Source: Octopus sinensis
Taxonomy: Eukaryota
Assembly: GCF_006345805.1 (NCBI RefSeq)
Contig: NC_042999.1
Coordinates: 57,970,001 to 58,034,000 of the forward strand
Reading direction: 5' to 3'
Length of the DNA: 64,000 nt
The notes beneath the pieces were generated by a model. It had not been told where the DNA came from. It worked only from the letters and a program-made list of their open reading frames with translations, and made no database searches. Shown piece by piece: positions 51,484 to 63,000 of this stretch. Made by a program: the position numbers and the translations under genes. The stretch's first letter is position 1, and the number at the start of each line of letters is the position of its first letter.

Positions 51484-53592
51484 TTCAGGAATCACTGCAG
51501 AGTTGCTCAAAATATCTGGCGGTGTTGGCTTTAGCCTAGTCATCCATATAGTTAACCAGGTGATACACAAAGGAGTCATACCCAATGACTGGTGTAGCAG
51601 CACCACAGTCAACTGCTACAAAGGTAAAGGTGTCGCTTTAGATACAAATAATTATAGAGTTATCAAGTTCTTGGATCAGGTAACGAAGGTCACAGAGAGG
51701 GTCATAGCCCAACTAATTAGGGAGAGAGTCAGTTTAGATGAGATGCAGTTTGGGTTCGTGCCAGGGAAAAGCACCAATGATGCTATATTTCTGGTAAAAC
51801 AGCTGCAGGAGAAATACCTAGCCAAAGATAAACCTCTGTACCTGGCTTTCGTTGACATGGAGAAAGCCTTTGACAGGGTTCCCCAATCCCTTATCTGGTG
51901 GTCAATGAGGAAACTAGCGGTAGATGAATGGTTAGTGAGAGCTGTGCAAGCCATGTACAGAGACGCTGTCAGTAAGGTGAGGGTTGGTAATGAGTACAGT
52001 GAAGAATTCTGGATAAAAGTGAGGGTCCACCTAGGATCAGTCCTCAGCCCCCTTTTGTTCATCATAGTCCCCTAGGCAGTAACAGAGGAATTCAAGACAG
52101 GATGCCCTTGGGAGCTTCTCTTTGCTGATGACTTTGCTCTAATAGCTGAGTCACCATTAGAACTAGAGGAAAAGTTTCAGGTGTGGAAGCAAGGTCTAGA
52201 ATCGAAGGGCCTTAGAGTCAACATAGCTAAAACTAAAGTCCTAATAAGTAGGAACGCAGACAAACTACAAATCCCTTCAGGTAGATGGCCCTGCTGGATC
52301 TGTAGAAAAGGCGTAAGTAGAAACTCCATAAGATGCACCCAGTGCAAGCTATGCATACATAAAAGGTGCAGCAATATCAAAGGAAGGCTCACTAGGAAGA
52401 TAGTTTTTGTATGTGCAGATGCTTAGGAGCAATAAACACTGAAAATGTGCAGAGAAAAACTAGAACTAGTTGATAGCTTCCGTTACATAGGTGACCAAAT
52501 CAGTAGCCGGGGAGGGTGCGCTGAAAGTGTAGCTGCTAGAATAAGAATAGCCTGGACAGAGAGCTCTTACCTCTACTGGTGACAAAGGGCCTCTTGCTCA
52601 AAGTAAAAGGTAGACTTTATGACGCATGTGTACGAACAGCCATGCTATAAGGCAGTGAAACATGGGCCGTGACTGCTGAGGACATGTGTAAGCTCGCAAG
52701 GAATGAAGCCAGTATTCTCTGCTGGATGTGTAACGTCAGTGTGTATACTCGACAGAGTGTAAGTACCTTGAGAGAAAAGTTGGACCTAAGAAGCATCAGA
52801 TGTAGTGTGCAAGAGAGATGACTGCACTGGTGTGGTCATGTGGCGAGAATGGATGAGGATAGCTGTGTGAATAAGTGCCACACCCTAGCAGTTGGGGGAA
52901 CCTGTGGAAGAGGTAGACCCAGGAAGACCTGGGATGAGGTGGTGAAGCACAACCTTCGAACATTAGGCCTCACCGAGGCAATGACTAGTGACCGAGACCT
53001 TTGGAAATATGCTGTGCATGAGAAGACCCGGCAAGCCAAGTGAGACCATAACCCGTGGCCTATGCCAGGTGTGTAACCAGCCCATTTATGCATACCTTTC
53101 CTTCATTGGACACTAAACTCTGCTTGTGAAGACCTGTTGAGGCAAGTGAAATTGAAATCGAAATCAAATTCGATGACTGGCATCCATGCTTGTGGAGCGC
53201 TAAGAATACAATCTGAGCGTGATCGTTGCCAGAGCAACAGACTGGCTTCCGTGCCAGTGACATGTAAAAAGCATCATTTGAGCGTGATTGTTACCAGTGT
53301 CTCCTTACTAGCACTTGTGCCGGTGGCACATGAAAAACATTTGAGCGAGGTTGTTGCCAGTGCCACTGGACTGACTCCTGTGCAGGTGGCACATAAAAAA
53401 CACCATTTGAATGTGGCCGGTGACACATAAAAGCACCCACTACACTCTCAGAGTGGTTGGCATTAGGAAGGGCATCCAGCAGTAGAAACTCTGCCAGATC
53501 AGATTGGAGCCTGGTGCAGCCATCTGGTTCGCCAGTCCTCAGACAAATCATCCAACCCATACCAGCATGGAAAGCGGATATTAAATGATGAT
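51484..53592 (+). mobile_element. 5'-truncated RTE-clade LINE: disrupted reverse transcriptase, PHD-like finger, repetitive 3' UTR, (GAT)n tail
   Basis: QFGFVPGKST, LAFVDMEKAFDRVP and LFADD motifs; nonsense TAG at 52073, frameshift near 52418; C-terminus RGRPRKTWDEVV, stop 53043; tail ATGATGATG at ~53585. Confidence 0.92.
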
Positions 53593-54048
53593 GAGGAGGA
53601 TTTAGATATTTAACTGTTTAAAGTTTTTAGCTTTCCTTGATGCAATTTGTTTTTTTGTTTTTTTGTATTTGATGGCAGTATTATCTTATTTGTTTGCATT
53701 TATAGTTTATATGCTTTGTTTAAAGATTCCAGTGCAGTGAATTCTCTTTATTTTTCAGTATGAATTCTTTATTCACTTTCTGTTTTGTTACTTCATCTCA
53801 CTCTGAAATTTTCTCCATTTTGTTATTAAATTATCTTAAGTTAATTATTAGATAAATATTATCTAGTGGTAAGTTGTTGACATTAGGCTATAGAAACCAT
53901 GCCAAAGCTGACATTGGAACTTGGCATAGCCCCGCAGCTCACCGTATTCCCTCAAACCATTCAACTGATGCTAACATGAAAAACAAGCGTTCATTGATGA
54001 GTATAAATAATAAAGGCAAATAAGAAAAGTATATCAAATTGGTTATTA

Positions 54049-54429
54049 GGCGCAGGAGTGGCTGTGTGGTAAGTAGCTTGCTTACCAACCACACGGTTCT
54101 GGGTTCAGTTCCACTGTGTAGCACCTTGGGCAAGTGTCTTCTATAGTCTCGGGCCAACCAAAGCCTTGTGAGTGGATTTGGTAGACAGAAACTGAAAGAA
54201 GCCTGTTGTATATATATATGTGTGTGTATGTGTTTGTCCCCTGCAACATTGCTTGACTACTGATGCTGGTGTGTTTACATCTCTGTAACTTAGCAGTTTG
54301 GTAAAAGAGACCAATAGAATAAGTACTATGCTTACAAAGAATAAGCCCTGGGATCGATTTGCCCGATTAAAGGCGGTGCTCCAGCATGGCCACAGTCAAA
54401 TGACTGAAACAAGTAAATGAGTAAAGAGT
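54049..54429 (+). mobile_element. tRNA-derived CORE-type SINE (octopus OR-like), best copy; others at ~5410-5540, 8560-8770, 9770-9900, 20935-21310, 21450-21815, 25870-26030, 26390-26830, 28715-29085, 32060-32235, 62440-62870 and 63625-63790
   Basis: A-box TGGCTGTGTGGT, B-box GGTTCAGTTCC, CORE-like GCACCTTGGGCAAGTGTCTTC, internal (TG)n, AAGTAAA(A/T)GA tail. Confidence 0.85.
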
Positions 54430-54829
54430 TAATAATGAATATATGTTAAAAATTAGTGTAGACAAGCTAAACATTGAGAACTGGGCAAAAGACATTAACA
54501 AATGTAGTCCAGATGTGTGGTAGGTAGAATAGAGCTTTGGTTATTAGACATTGTGAGTAGTTTTAATGTGGACATTGTAAAAAGTACCATGTTATCATTT
54601 TGTATGAAAACCATAGATGATACATTACATGTTGAGAAATAAGATGCCTACTTTTTGTGGAAGTAAATAGTGTATTTTTGTTGTATTGTCTCATTTGTAG
54701 ACCCTTCAGCAGGAGTTCAATGGATACTGTTTTTCAATTTTTTTTTATATTCATGACACCAAATATCCTACATCTCAATATTCTCCTGCTTAGAAAATTG
54801 GTTTTCCATTCTTAATGTTTTTTGAAATC

Positions 54830-55984
54830 TTTTTTGTTGAAAAAAGATGTACAAAATGTAAACATTCATTTGACTCGTTTAATGTCAGAATAGGTTTTTA
54901 CAGAAAAAAATGAAGGCTTAAATATAATGAAGTTGACTTTTATTCGTGCTGGATGGTATAATGCTTACTTTTTCTGTATAGATTTACTAAAACCGTTAAA
55001 TGGTTAACTACTTTTTGAAGTCTGACGTTCATGCTGGTAAACACGGTCTGGGCCATATTTTACATTGCTTTCTACTTATCGCAATGGAGCACCATTGATA
55101 TACATAGTGATATGGGTATTCCTGACTGAAAAAAAATGTAATGATAATGGATAATCTTGATTGTATGTTTTTATTTATGTCTGTTTATTACTAAGCACAG
55201 TTTTAAGTCTGTTGTCGTACTGTTTATGCCAATTTCGAACATTGGCTTCATTAACATAAAAATGCCTTCTGGCAGCTCTATTGTCACGTTCAAATGCATA
55301 TTCAACATATTTAATTTCTCCTTCACAGTAAACAATTCATAATATACAATAATGGTAATGACAAATTTTTAAAGTTTGCTTAACATTTTATAAGTGTGAA
55401 AGGGATTAAAATTTCGATACTCTGTATCAAAGGTTCTGACAAGAATAGGCAAAGAATTCTGTTTACATAATCAGTTTGATTGGTCGCCTTCCTCTTTCGG
55501 TTGAGTAAAGTGTCATCCAAGCTGATGTTTATTGGTAATTAAACTTAATTTTCAATACCTGTGTGTATTTATCAGCTTTGTTTTTGTTAGTATTTCTTAT
55601 CAACAACTTTTCCTGTGATCATGATTTGAGAAGAGGCACAGCAGTATGCTAAAGCTCAGACATAATCTCTTGTGGGCAAGAAATGTAAAATAAAGTTTAT
55701 GATAAACAACACAAACACTTTGTAATTTAATAGCTTTCAATGTGATACGTGTTAAACAGAAATTATTTTTAGTTATTGAAAATTTAATAAAATCTAATCA
55801 TAAGTAAGTGAAATTATGCTAAATACAACTAAATTGAAAACCTTTTTTTTCCTGGCTATATCGGCAATTCTGAAAACTTTTGGGTGCAAATTTTACATGA
55901 GTAAAAGATGTTTTTAACAAATTCTATCCTGAAAATCACCTGTGTAAATTACACAGGTGTCAAACTACATGGGTTTCTACAGTG
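54830..55984 (-). mobile_element. Second copy of the pogo-type element, with a Brinker-type DNA-binding-domain remnant
   Basis: Reverse complement of 15.75-17.0 kb; minus-strand VEYAFERDNRAARRHFYVNEANVRNWHKQ at ~55215-55305. Confidence 0.78.
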
Positions 55985-57499
55985 AATGAATAAGCAATAC
56001 ATTTAACAGAGTAATCTGAATGCTAAAGGGTTAAAGTAATAACAAATATTAACTGACATGTTCTGTCACTGTTTTAAACAGATTTTGGGAAACGTTATAT
56101 CTTTTACAGGTTTAGACTCTGTTTATCATTAGATATATATATTTGGCCTATTATTGTTGTTTCATAAATCTGATCATTTATCCTTGTAGCTTGGACTAGT
56201 CCTATTTACTTTACATTGTTTATTTTATTTAAGAGACACGGCATCAGTTTGTACTAATATAATGAAGACTAGGGTATATGCAGAAATGAATGTAGATAAA
56301 TTTTGTGAGATATGCAACTGTATCAGAATCAAATTATGCTCAATCATTTCTGTGAAGAAACTCTTAGATATTACAAAATAGCATCTAAGAGATAGATATC
56401 ATCTAAAAGATGCTAACACCCACACTCACTCACTCTCTGTCCATAAATGAGATGAAAGTGGGTTGCTTTTTGTTAAACAAATAAGAAAAGGCAACAAAAA
56501 TATTAAAGAAACTTAAGGGGATAACGATTGTATGCATATATACATATATAAACGTGATGGAAGCTGTTTATTATAATCATGGATAATGTTATCAGATGAT
56601 TATTATCACCAAAATTAGTAGATCCCAAATTCTTCATTAAATGAAGTAAAAGTCATCTGGATCTTATACATACAGGTTTAGGTCTTATCAAAATTTTCAA
56701 GTAAACCACTATAACCATTACAACTAATATATGAATTTTTACATAAGTCACAAGCAAATATCAAAACAAAAGCACATTAGCTTTGGAGACTTGATATTGA
56801 TAAATAAATGATGATGGTAGCAATTAGCAGTTGTGATAGTGGGGGTAGAATCATGTTTGTGCTGGGAATGGAGGTACTGTTGGGTTAAATTGCTTGTTGT
56901 GGCCAGCATTGTTTGTGTCTCAGCATTTTCACCTCCTTCAGTACTAAGTTGAGTACTTACACCAAGTACTGGCAAAGTTGAGTGCTTTGTGAGTACTTGG
57001 TGACCTTACAAGTACTTAGTATCATAAAAAAAAGAAAGCACCCAGTACACTCTAGAGTGGTTAGCATTAGGAAGTACATCAAGCTGTAAAAACCTTGCTC
57101 AGGCAGATATTGGGGCTTGTCACTATTCTCTGGTTTAATGGTTCCTGTCAAACCATCCAACCCATGCCAGCATGGAAAACAACCATTAAATGATGATAAT
57201 GAGATGATAGATACATACATTCATGCATACACACAGACAGACACAAACACTCATGAATGTTAAATGGTTGCTTTATCAGAATTAATGTGCTCTAAACTCT
57301 GAGATTTTGATGACTTTATTTATTTTTAGAATGACTGTAGGGTCGGTATGAGAGGCTAGATCTGGCAAGTTTGAATATCAAACAGGTAGAATATTTGGGC
57401 TAGATATGACTGGTTTAAATGCCAAAGGTTTAATGCTATTGGACACTTACTGAAAGGACGGTATTGAGCAGGAGTTGTTGTCAGGAGCTTTAGGTCAGC

Positions 57500-58623
57500 T
57501 ACCATTGAGTTTTTGACATAGGTTTTGTTGTGATCATTGTTAACAGCAGCACAGAGTGGCCAGAAGTATGCAGGTGCAATAAATCCACTGCAAAGATGAC
57601 AATAAAGTTCCTGTATGAATTATTTTCCCAATACAGTGGTCCAGACACATTGGTATCAGATAATGGAACACAATTTACAGGTAGCAAATTCAAAAATTTC
57701 TGCAAAATATATGCAATAAAGCATATTTTTATCCCAACCTACCAACGAAGCAGGTAGAAAAATTTGTTAATACTTTCAAATGAGTATCAGAAAAAGCAAG
57801 GGATGATGTAGGTAATGATAAAATGCTAATGAATTATTGAGGGTATATAGAGTAATACCCAAATGAATACCAGTTCAGGAATGTCTCTAGCTGAGTTATT
57901 GTTTGTGCGGAAAATAAAATCTATCTCCGATAAATTATTGCCAAGCAATATGTTTTCAAAGGAAATACAGAAAAGGCAACAAAAATAGTAAAGAAGGCTG
58001 GGAGGATGATTTTGTAACTAAAAGATTAGGAAACATGGTGTATGTAATTAAAGAACAATGTTGGGAACATAAGAGACACCTAAACCAATTAAAGACTTGA
58101 CATACTGAAAAATGAAAGGAAATACCAATGGAAGTTTGCTATGACATGTTTGAGATGCCAGCACCGATAGAGATTGAGCCTTGTAGAAGCAGCAGTAGAA
58201 AATGGAAACAGACAGTACACTTAGAAATAATGCCAAAATGAAAAAGATATTAAATTTTTTAAGAAAAACAAAAACAGAGAGAGGGAGAGTTGTTGGAAAA
58301 AGAAAAAAGAAAATAAATTTGACTTCTTATGGAAGTTGAAATCTCAAAAGGAGAAATGTTGTGATGAGAGTCTCACCATCCCCTTGCAAGAAATAGGCTG
58401 GACCGAGCAATTATAAATAATAGCGGTCAAAGTGAAGTTTGTGTGTTAATTCGAGTTGAGTTTGCAGTGAATTCGAAAGGTATCAGTTGGTTAGTTTGTA
58501 TGGAATATTGATTGTTGGCTTGTGAAGAGATTGTTGGATTGTTACATTGTTATTATGGCTGCATCGTTATCTTGTTTACTATTACTACACTGGTACAGTG
58601 TATCTAAATCATCTGTCACAATA
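57500..58623 (+). mobile_element. Gypsy LTR-retrotransposon 3' remnant: integrase, PPT and 3' LTR
   Basis: WPEV..T..TI..L..LFSQYSGPDTLVSDNGTQFTG.KFKNFC integrase core; purine tract 58346-58356 followed by TGTTGTGA (58357) ... TCACAATA (58623). Confidence 0.8.
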
Positions 58624-58955
58624 TCATGGTGGTTCCATGACATATTGGAGATGGCAGATACAACAGGTTTAGTGGATGAGGTAAAATAGGTCTATAAAGT
58701 TGATTTACGCAGTATTGGTACACAGCTAGCTAGTTCAGAGTATCTGAAATTATTGTATTTGTGATGGAAGAGACACAGGCGGGCTAGAGTATATTAATGG
58801 CCTTCTGTTGATCTTAATAAATTATCCTGTCATTAATGTTTTTCTTTCTTTCTTTCTTTTTTTTCAGATTTAATTAAAAATGTGATATGTAATGTTTTCA
58901 AAAACATTTTACTGAGGTGGAAAATAAAATATTGTTTTTGTAATTTCATTAAAAG

Positions 58956-59074
58956 GTAGCGGAAATAATGAAAGACTACACACCAGAATTACTGGAAAAT
59001 GGTGGTAAAATGGTATTGCTCTTCAGCCTTATTGAAGAATCTTTGAAAGTTAGTGATAAGATGTTGGTTTTCAG
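58956..59074 (+). CDS. RAD54L2: RAD54L2 exon (VAEIMKDYTPELLENGGKMVLLFSLIEESLKVSDKMLVFS), start of the C-terminal lobe
   Basis: AAAAG acceptor, AG|GTAAGT donor; phase 0 in, 2 out; LEN..KMVLL..LIEES...DK.LVFS block. Confidence 0.92.
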
Positions 59075-59399
59075 GTAAGTGAAATTATAAGGAAAATTTT
59101 AACATATAGTGTATATTTTTATCACATTTTAATATCTATATTAAGCATTTCAGCTGCTAGCCTTAACTTGTAATTCCCATTTTTTTTACCTAACTTGTTT
59201 CTTTTCTTAATTTGTACTCTAATTATCATCTAATATCAGCTTGGACCTTTTTTCTATCACCTGCTGTTACTTAATTTGAATATTGACTCTCACACATGCG
59301 ACTGATGCCACATGCAACAATCACAGTAGAAGAGGATCCTTTCTATTAAAAGCAAGCTAAATATTTCAAACCCTTTTAAGTTTAATCAGTGTAATAATA

Positions 59400-59886
59400 A
59401 TAATATTTTGTTTTGGTATAAAAGATGGGATACTGCAAATATTCTTGCTCAGTACCACAAATTTGCTTGTCAGTTGTTTAACTGTAACCAGTTGAGCATG
59501 TCCCTTAGTGGCTGATAATATGTGCGTCTCTGTTCATGAGCAGAAGTAGTGGGTGGGGTATCAAAGCCATGTGTGGAGAGGAATTCTTTGGGGTTTGGGT
59601 AATTCACTTCTGGTAACATGGGTGTCTCGTTCAACATCCTTAAACAACTCTAATTTAGGGACCTTTTGAATGGGATGAGCTACTCAACCTGAAGAAAATT
59701 CTGACTGGGCCCCACATGAAAGGTTGTGCACTGTTCATCTTGATATGAGATAACCATGCTGTTCACATATGGTTGTGATGCATGTGCCTAGTGTATCCTT
59801 ATCAGACAGGTAGTCATGATGGGTATACTGTGCTTTCTATATTTACTCCAGTGTCACTTTGATGGCATGCACTGCTCTCTCACGCA

Positions 59887-59919
<33 letters not shown>

Positions 59920-60210
59920 GTCTTATGTAGTACCAGGCACTGGCTCTCATAGCTTCTGATCTTAACTGATTGTAAGTGTTATCATGTACATGTTTTGTCT
60001 TGGTATAAAAGGTGGCCTACAGCAAATATTCTGCTCAATACCACAGATCTGCTTGACTGTAACCAGTTGAGCATGTCTCTTAGTGGCTGACGATATGTGC
60101 ATCTCTGATCACGAGCAGAAGTAGTGGAGGGAGCATCATTGCCATGTGTTGAGAGGAATTCTTTGGGGTTAGGGATTCTCTGGAAGCATGGATATTTCGC
60201 TCATCTTTAA
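59400..60210. repeat. Head-to-tail partial dimer of a ~550-bp interspersed repeat linked by (AAT)n
   Basis: 59405-59640 is repeated at 59992-60210; (AAT)n at ~59392-59403 and ~59888-59917. Confidence 0.75.
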
Positions 60211-60359
60211 GAGGACACACTTTATTGCCTTAGTGTTGTCTGTATATCCCAGCTCATGTAGGATGCTTTTAAGTATACTGAACAACAGAATCAATATGAA
60301 GAACTGATATATAACAAAGTATCTCCTTTACAGCAGCACACTTGTTTATGTTCTATTTC

Positions 60360-60850
60360 TTGTTAACTCTGTCTTCTCTCTCTCTCTCACATACTCACAC
60401 TAACTCACTGAGTAATCATGTACCTCCTCTGTAGCAACCCATCTATTTCTGACTGTGTCTCTCTGTCACACTCAGACCTTTCATCATTTGACACAAGATC
60501 AATTCCTCCTCTGCCCCATCCTCTCCCAAAGACTCCTTGTCTTGTAAGTTACTTGGTAACTTTTCTAGTGCTGGTGCCACATAAAAAGCATCCAGTCAAC
60601 ACAGTAAAGTGGTGGGTGTTTGGAAGGACATCCAACTGTAAAAACCATGCAAAAACTGATCTCGTCTGTGCTGATGCCATGTAAAAGGCACTCAGTCCAC
60701 TCTGCAGGGTGGTTGGTGCTAAGAAGGGCATCCAGCCGTAAAAACCATGCCAAAACAGACACAGAAGTGTCTGGTGCAGTCTTCTGCCTGGCCAGCCCCT
60801 GTCAAATTGGCCAACCCATGGAAGGCAGCTGTTAAAAGATGATGATGTTG
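60360..60850 (+). mobile_element. Related non-LTR 3'-end family (different upstream body, same tail); similar pieces at 4826-5105, 13836-14110, 50790-51250 and 56990-57200
   Basis: Shares GTGCCACATAAAAAGCA..AAGAAGGGCATCCAGCC..(GAT)n; several copies show an internal duplication of the tail segment. Confidence 0.6.
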
Positions 60851-61232
60851 ATATGTAAATGTTTATAAGCATAAACAGTTTGGTAGTGTACAAAATAGTG
60901 TATAAGTAATAATAATGCAGTTAATCAGAAGAAATAAGGGAATTTTTTTCTTAATTAATTTATGCACAGAAAGTTTTAAGTTTTCCAAGGAAATGAAATA
61001 AAATAAAATAAGTTAAGAAGTAAAATGTTTATGTTGTTATATTTCCGTTTTACAGTAAAAGCACAACATTCTCAAGCTCGATATGCTTCAGAATGCTATA
61101 ATGAAAATGTTCTACTTCATTATATATCTATTTAACCATTTAAACCGGGCCATATCCAGCCCAAATATTCAAATTGGCCAGATGTGGCCACTTACACCTA
61201 CCCCACAGTGTGATTCTAAAATTTAACAGTTA

Positions 61233-61522
61233 CATCATCATCATTGTTTAACGTCCGTTTTCCATGCTAGCATGGGTTGGACGGTTTGACTGGGTTCTGG
61301 GAAGCCAGGAGGCTGCGCCAGGCTCCAGTCTGCTCTGGCAGTGTTTCTACAGCTGGATGCCCTTCCTAATGCTTTTTACGTGTCACCGACACGGCCGCCA
61401 GTCAGACGGCGCTGGCATCAGCCACATTCGGAAGGTGTTTTTATGTGCCACTGGCATGGGTATCTTAACTACAATTTCCGTTTGATTTTTATTTTGATGT
61501 TGGTGTTGACGTACTTGACTCA
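61233..61522 (-). mobile_element. RTE 3'-end fragment nested in a piggyBac MITE
   Basis: Interrupts the MITE at CATCATC; the MITE resumes at AAATCTCAAAG. Confidence 0.85.
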
Positions 61523-61619
61523 AAAATCTCAAAGTTACAAGATTATGCATGATTAATTAAAGACGTGAATAAATAAGCATTACTTTTGACAGAATAATCT
61601 GAATGCTAAAGGGTTAATT

Positions 61620-62196
61620 CCGTTTGATTTCATTTCCTTGGAAACTTTGGGCACTTTCTGTACCCATATAAAAAATAAACTGTGAAACAATTGCAAAAGG
61701 ATAAAAATGAGAACATTATTTCAATTTTTAATACAGTTAAAAATGATGTTATGTTGAAAGTTAAAAAAAAGCAAATATATAACAGCGATTCAGTTTGAGT
61801 TAGTAATTTGTTCTGTTTAAATAAACCTCTAATATATGTCTGTGTAGCACTAATAATTATAACTAGCACTATACAGCTGCGTGCGTGCGCACATACACGC
61901 GAGTACTGTCCAAATCTCCGACCAATCACATGCAGCTAGCTGGCACTCAATTGGCGTATCTGGTTTCGGGCATTTTGATTGGGTTTTGGATAGAAAATTC
62001 ACAAAAAGGTCAATTCTATTGATTTTTTAATGGCTTTGCATGGTGACTGGGGAAATGTAAAGATGTGCACAACCACCCTTGGGTGGTTTTGAATGACTAT
62101 AGAAGGTGCGAGCCCTCTAACTGAAAAATTGTGGATTTGTATAAAGGACACACACACAGACATTTTGCCGTTTATATATATATATATATATATAGA
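61620..62196 (-). mobile_element. Possible non-autonomous Helitron 5' portion
   Basis: Minus strand starts TCTATATATA..AAACGGCAAAATGTCTGTGTGTG, a typical Helitron 5' pattern; no 3' hairpin/CTRR found. Confidence 0.4.
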
Positions 62197-62314
62197 AATT
62201 TAGACTTGAGCATATATTTCAGTACGTTCTTTTTTTTCTTTTCATTTTTTTTTTTCAGTTACTTACTTTCTATCTGTTGCATGTATAATTGTTTTTCTCA
62301 TTTTTGTCTTCTAG

Positions 62315-62418
62315 TCAAAGCCTCACCACTTTGAATGTTATTGAAGATTTCCTCAACAGACGTCAAGTCCCACGACCAGAAATGAATGAGAACTGGTGTA
62401 AAAATAAAAGCTATTTCC
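62315..62418 (+). CDS. RAD54L2: RAD54L2 exon (QSLTTLNVIEDFLNRRQVPRPEMNENWCKNKSYF); gene continues beyond the window
   Basis: TTCTAG acceptor completes motif IV FSQSL; C|GTAAGT donor, phase 1. Confidence 0.92.
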
Positions 62419-62651
62419 GTAAGTAGCTTATTTCTTTTATTTCTTCTTCTTTCACTTGTTTCAGTCATTTGACTGCGCTCATGCTGGAACACTGCCTGTA
62501 GTTGAACAAATCAACCCTAGGACTTGTTCTTTGGAAGCATAGTACTTATTCTATCGGTCACTTTTGCCGAACTGCTAAGTTACGGGGACGTAAACATGCC
62601 AACATCAGTTGTCAAGCGATGTTGGTGGGGGACAAATACATACATACATAC

Positions 62652-62700
<49 letters not shown>

Positions 62701-62951
62701 TATATATACAGACACACAACAGGCTTCTTTCGGTTTCCGTCTACCAAATCCACTCACAAGGCTTTGGTCAGCCCAAGGCTATAGTAGAAGACACTTGCCC
62801 AAGGTGCCATGCAGTGGGACTAAACCGGGAACCATGTGGTTAGGAAGCAAGCTACTTACCACACAGCCACTCTGTTTTTAGTTTCTCAAGTAGCTTTTCT
62901 TTTCAATTAATGTATATGTATGTATTATATATGTATAAGACAGAGTGTGTA

Positions 62952-63000
<49 letters not shown>

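Noticed and set aside
54049-54125. tRNA genes at SINE heads (also 9660-9740)
   Set aside because: A/B boxes only, no intact cloverleaf, and continuous with multi-copy SINE bodies.
59760-60130. Hammerhead in the (AAT)n-linked repeat (CTGATAA on -, CTGACGA on +, GTGATCA on -)
   Set aside because: None is followed by stem II-GAAA-helix III-UH with a matching stem I.
60970-61665. Short inverted match (CCAAGGAAATGAAAT at ~60985 and ~61630) as TIRs of a new element
   Set aside because: No target-site duplication; more simply two oppositely oriented fragments of one repeat.
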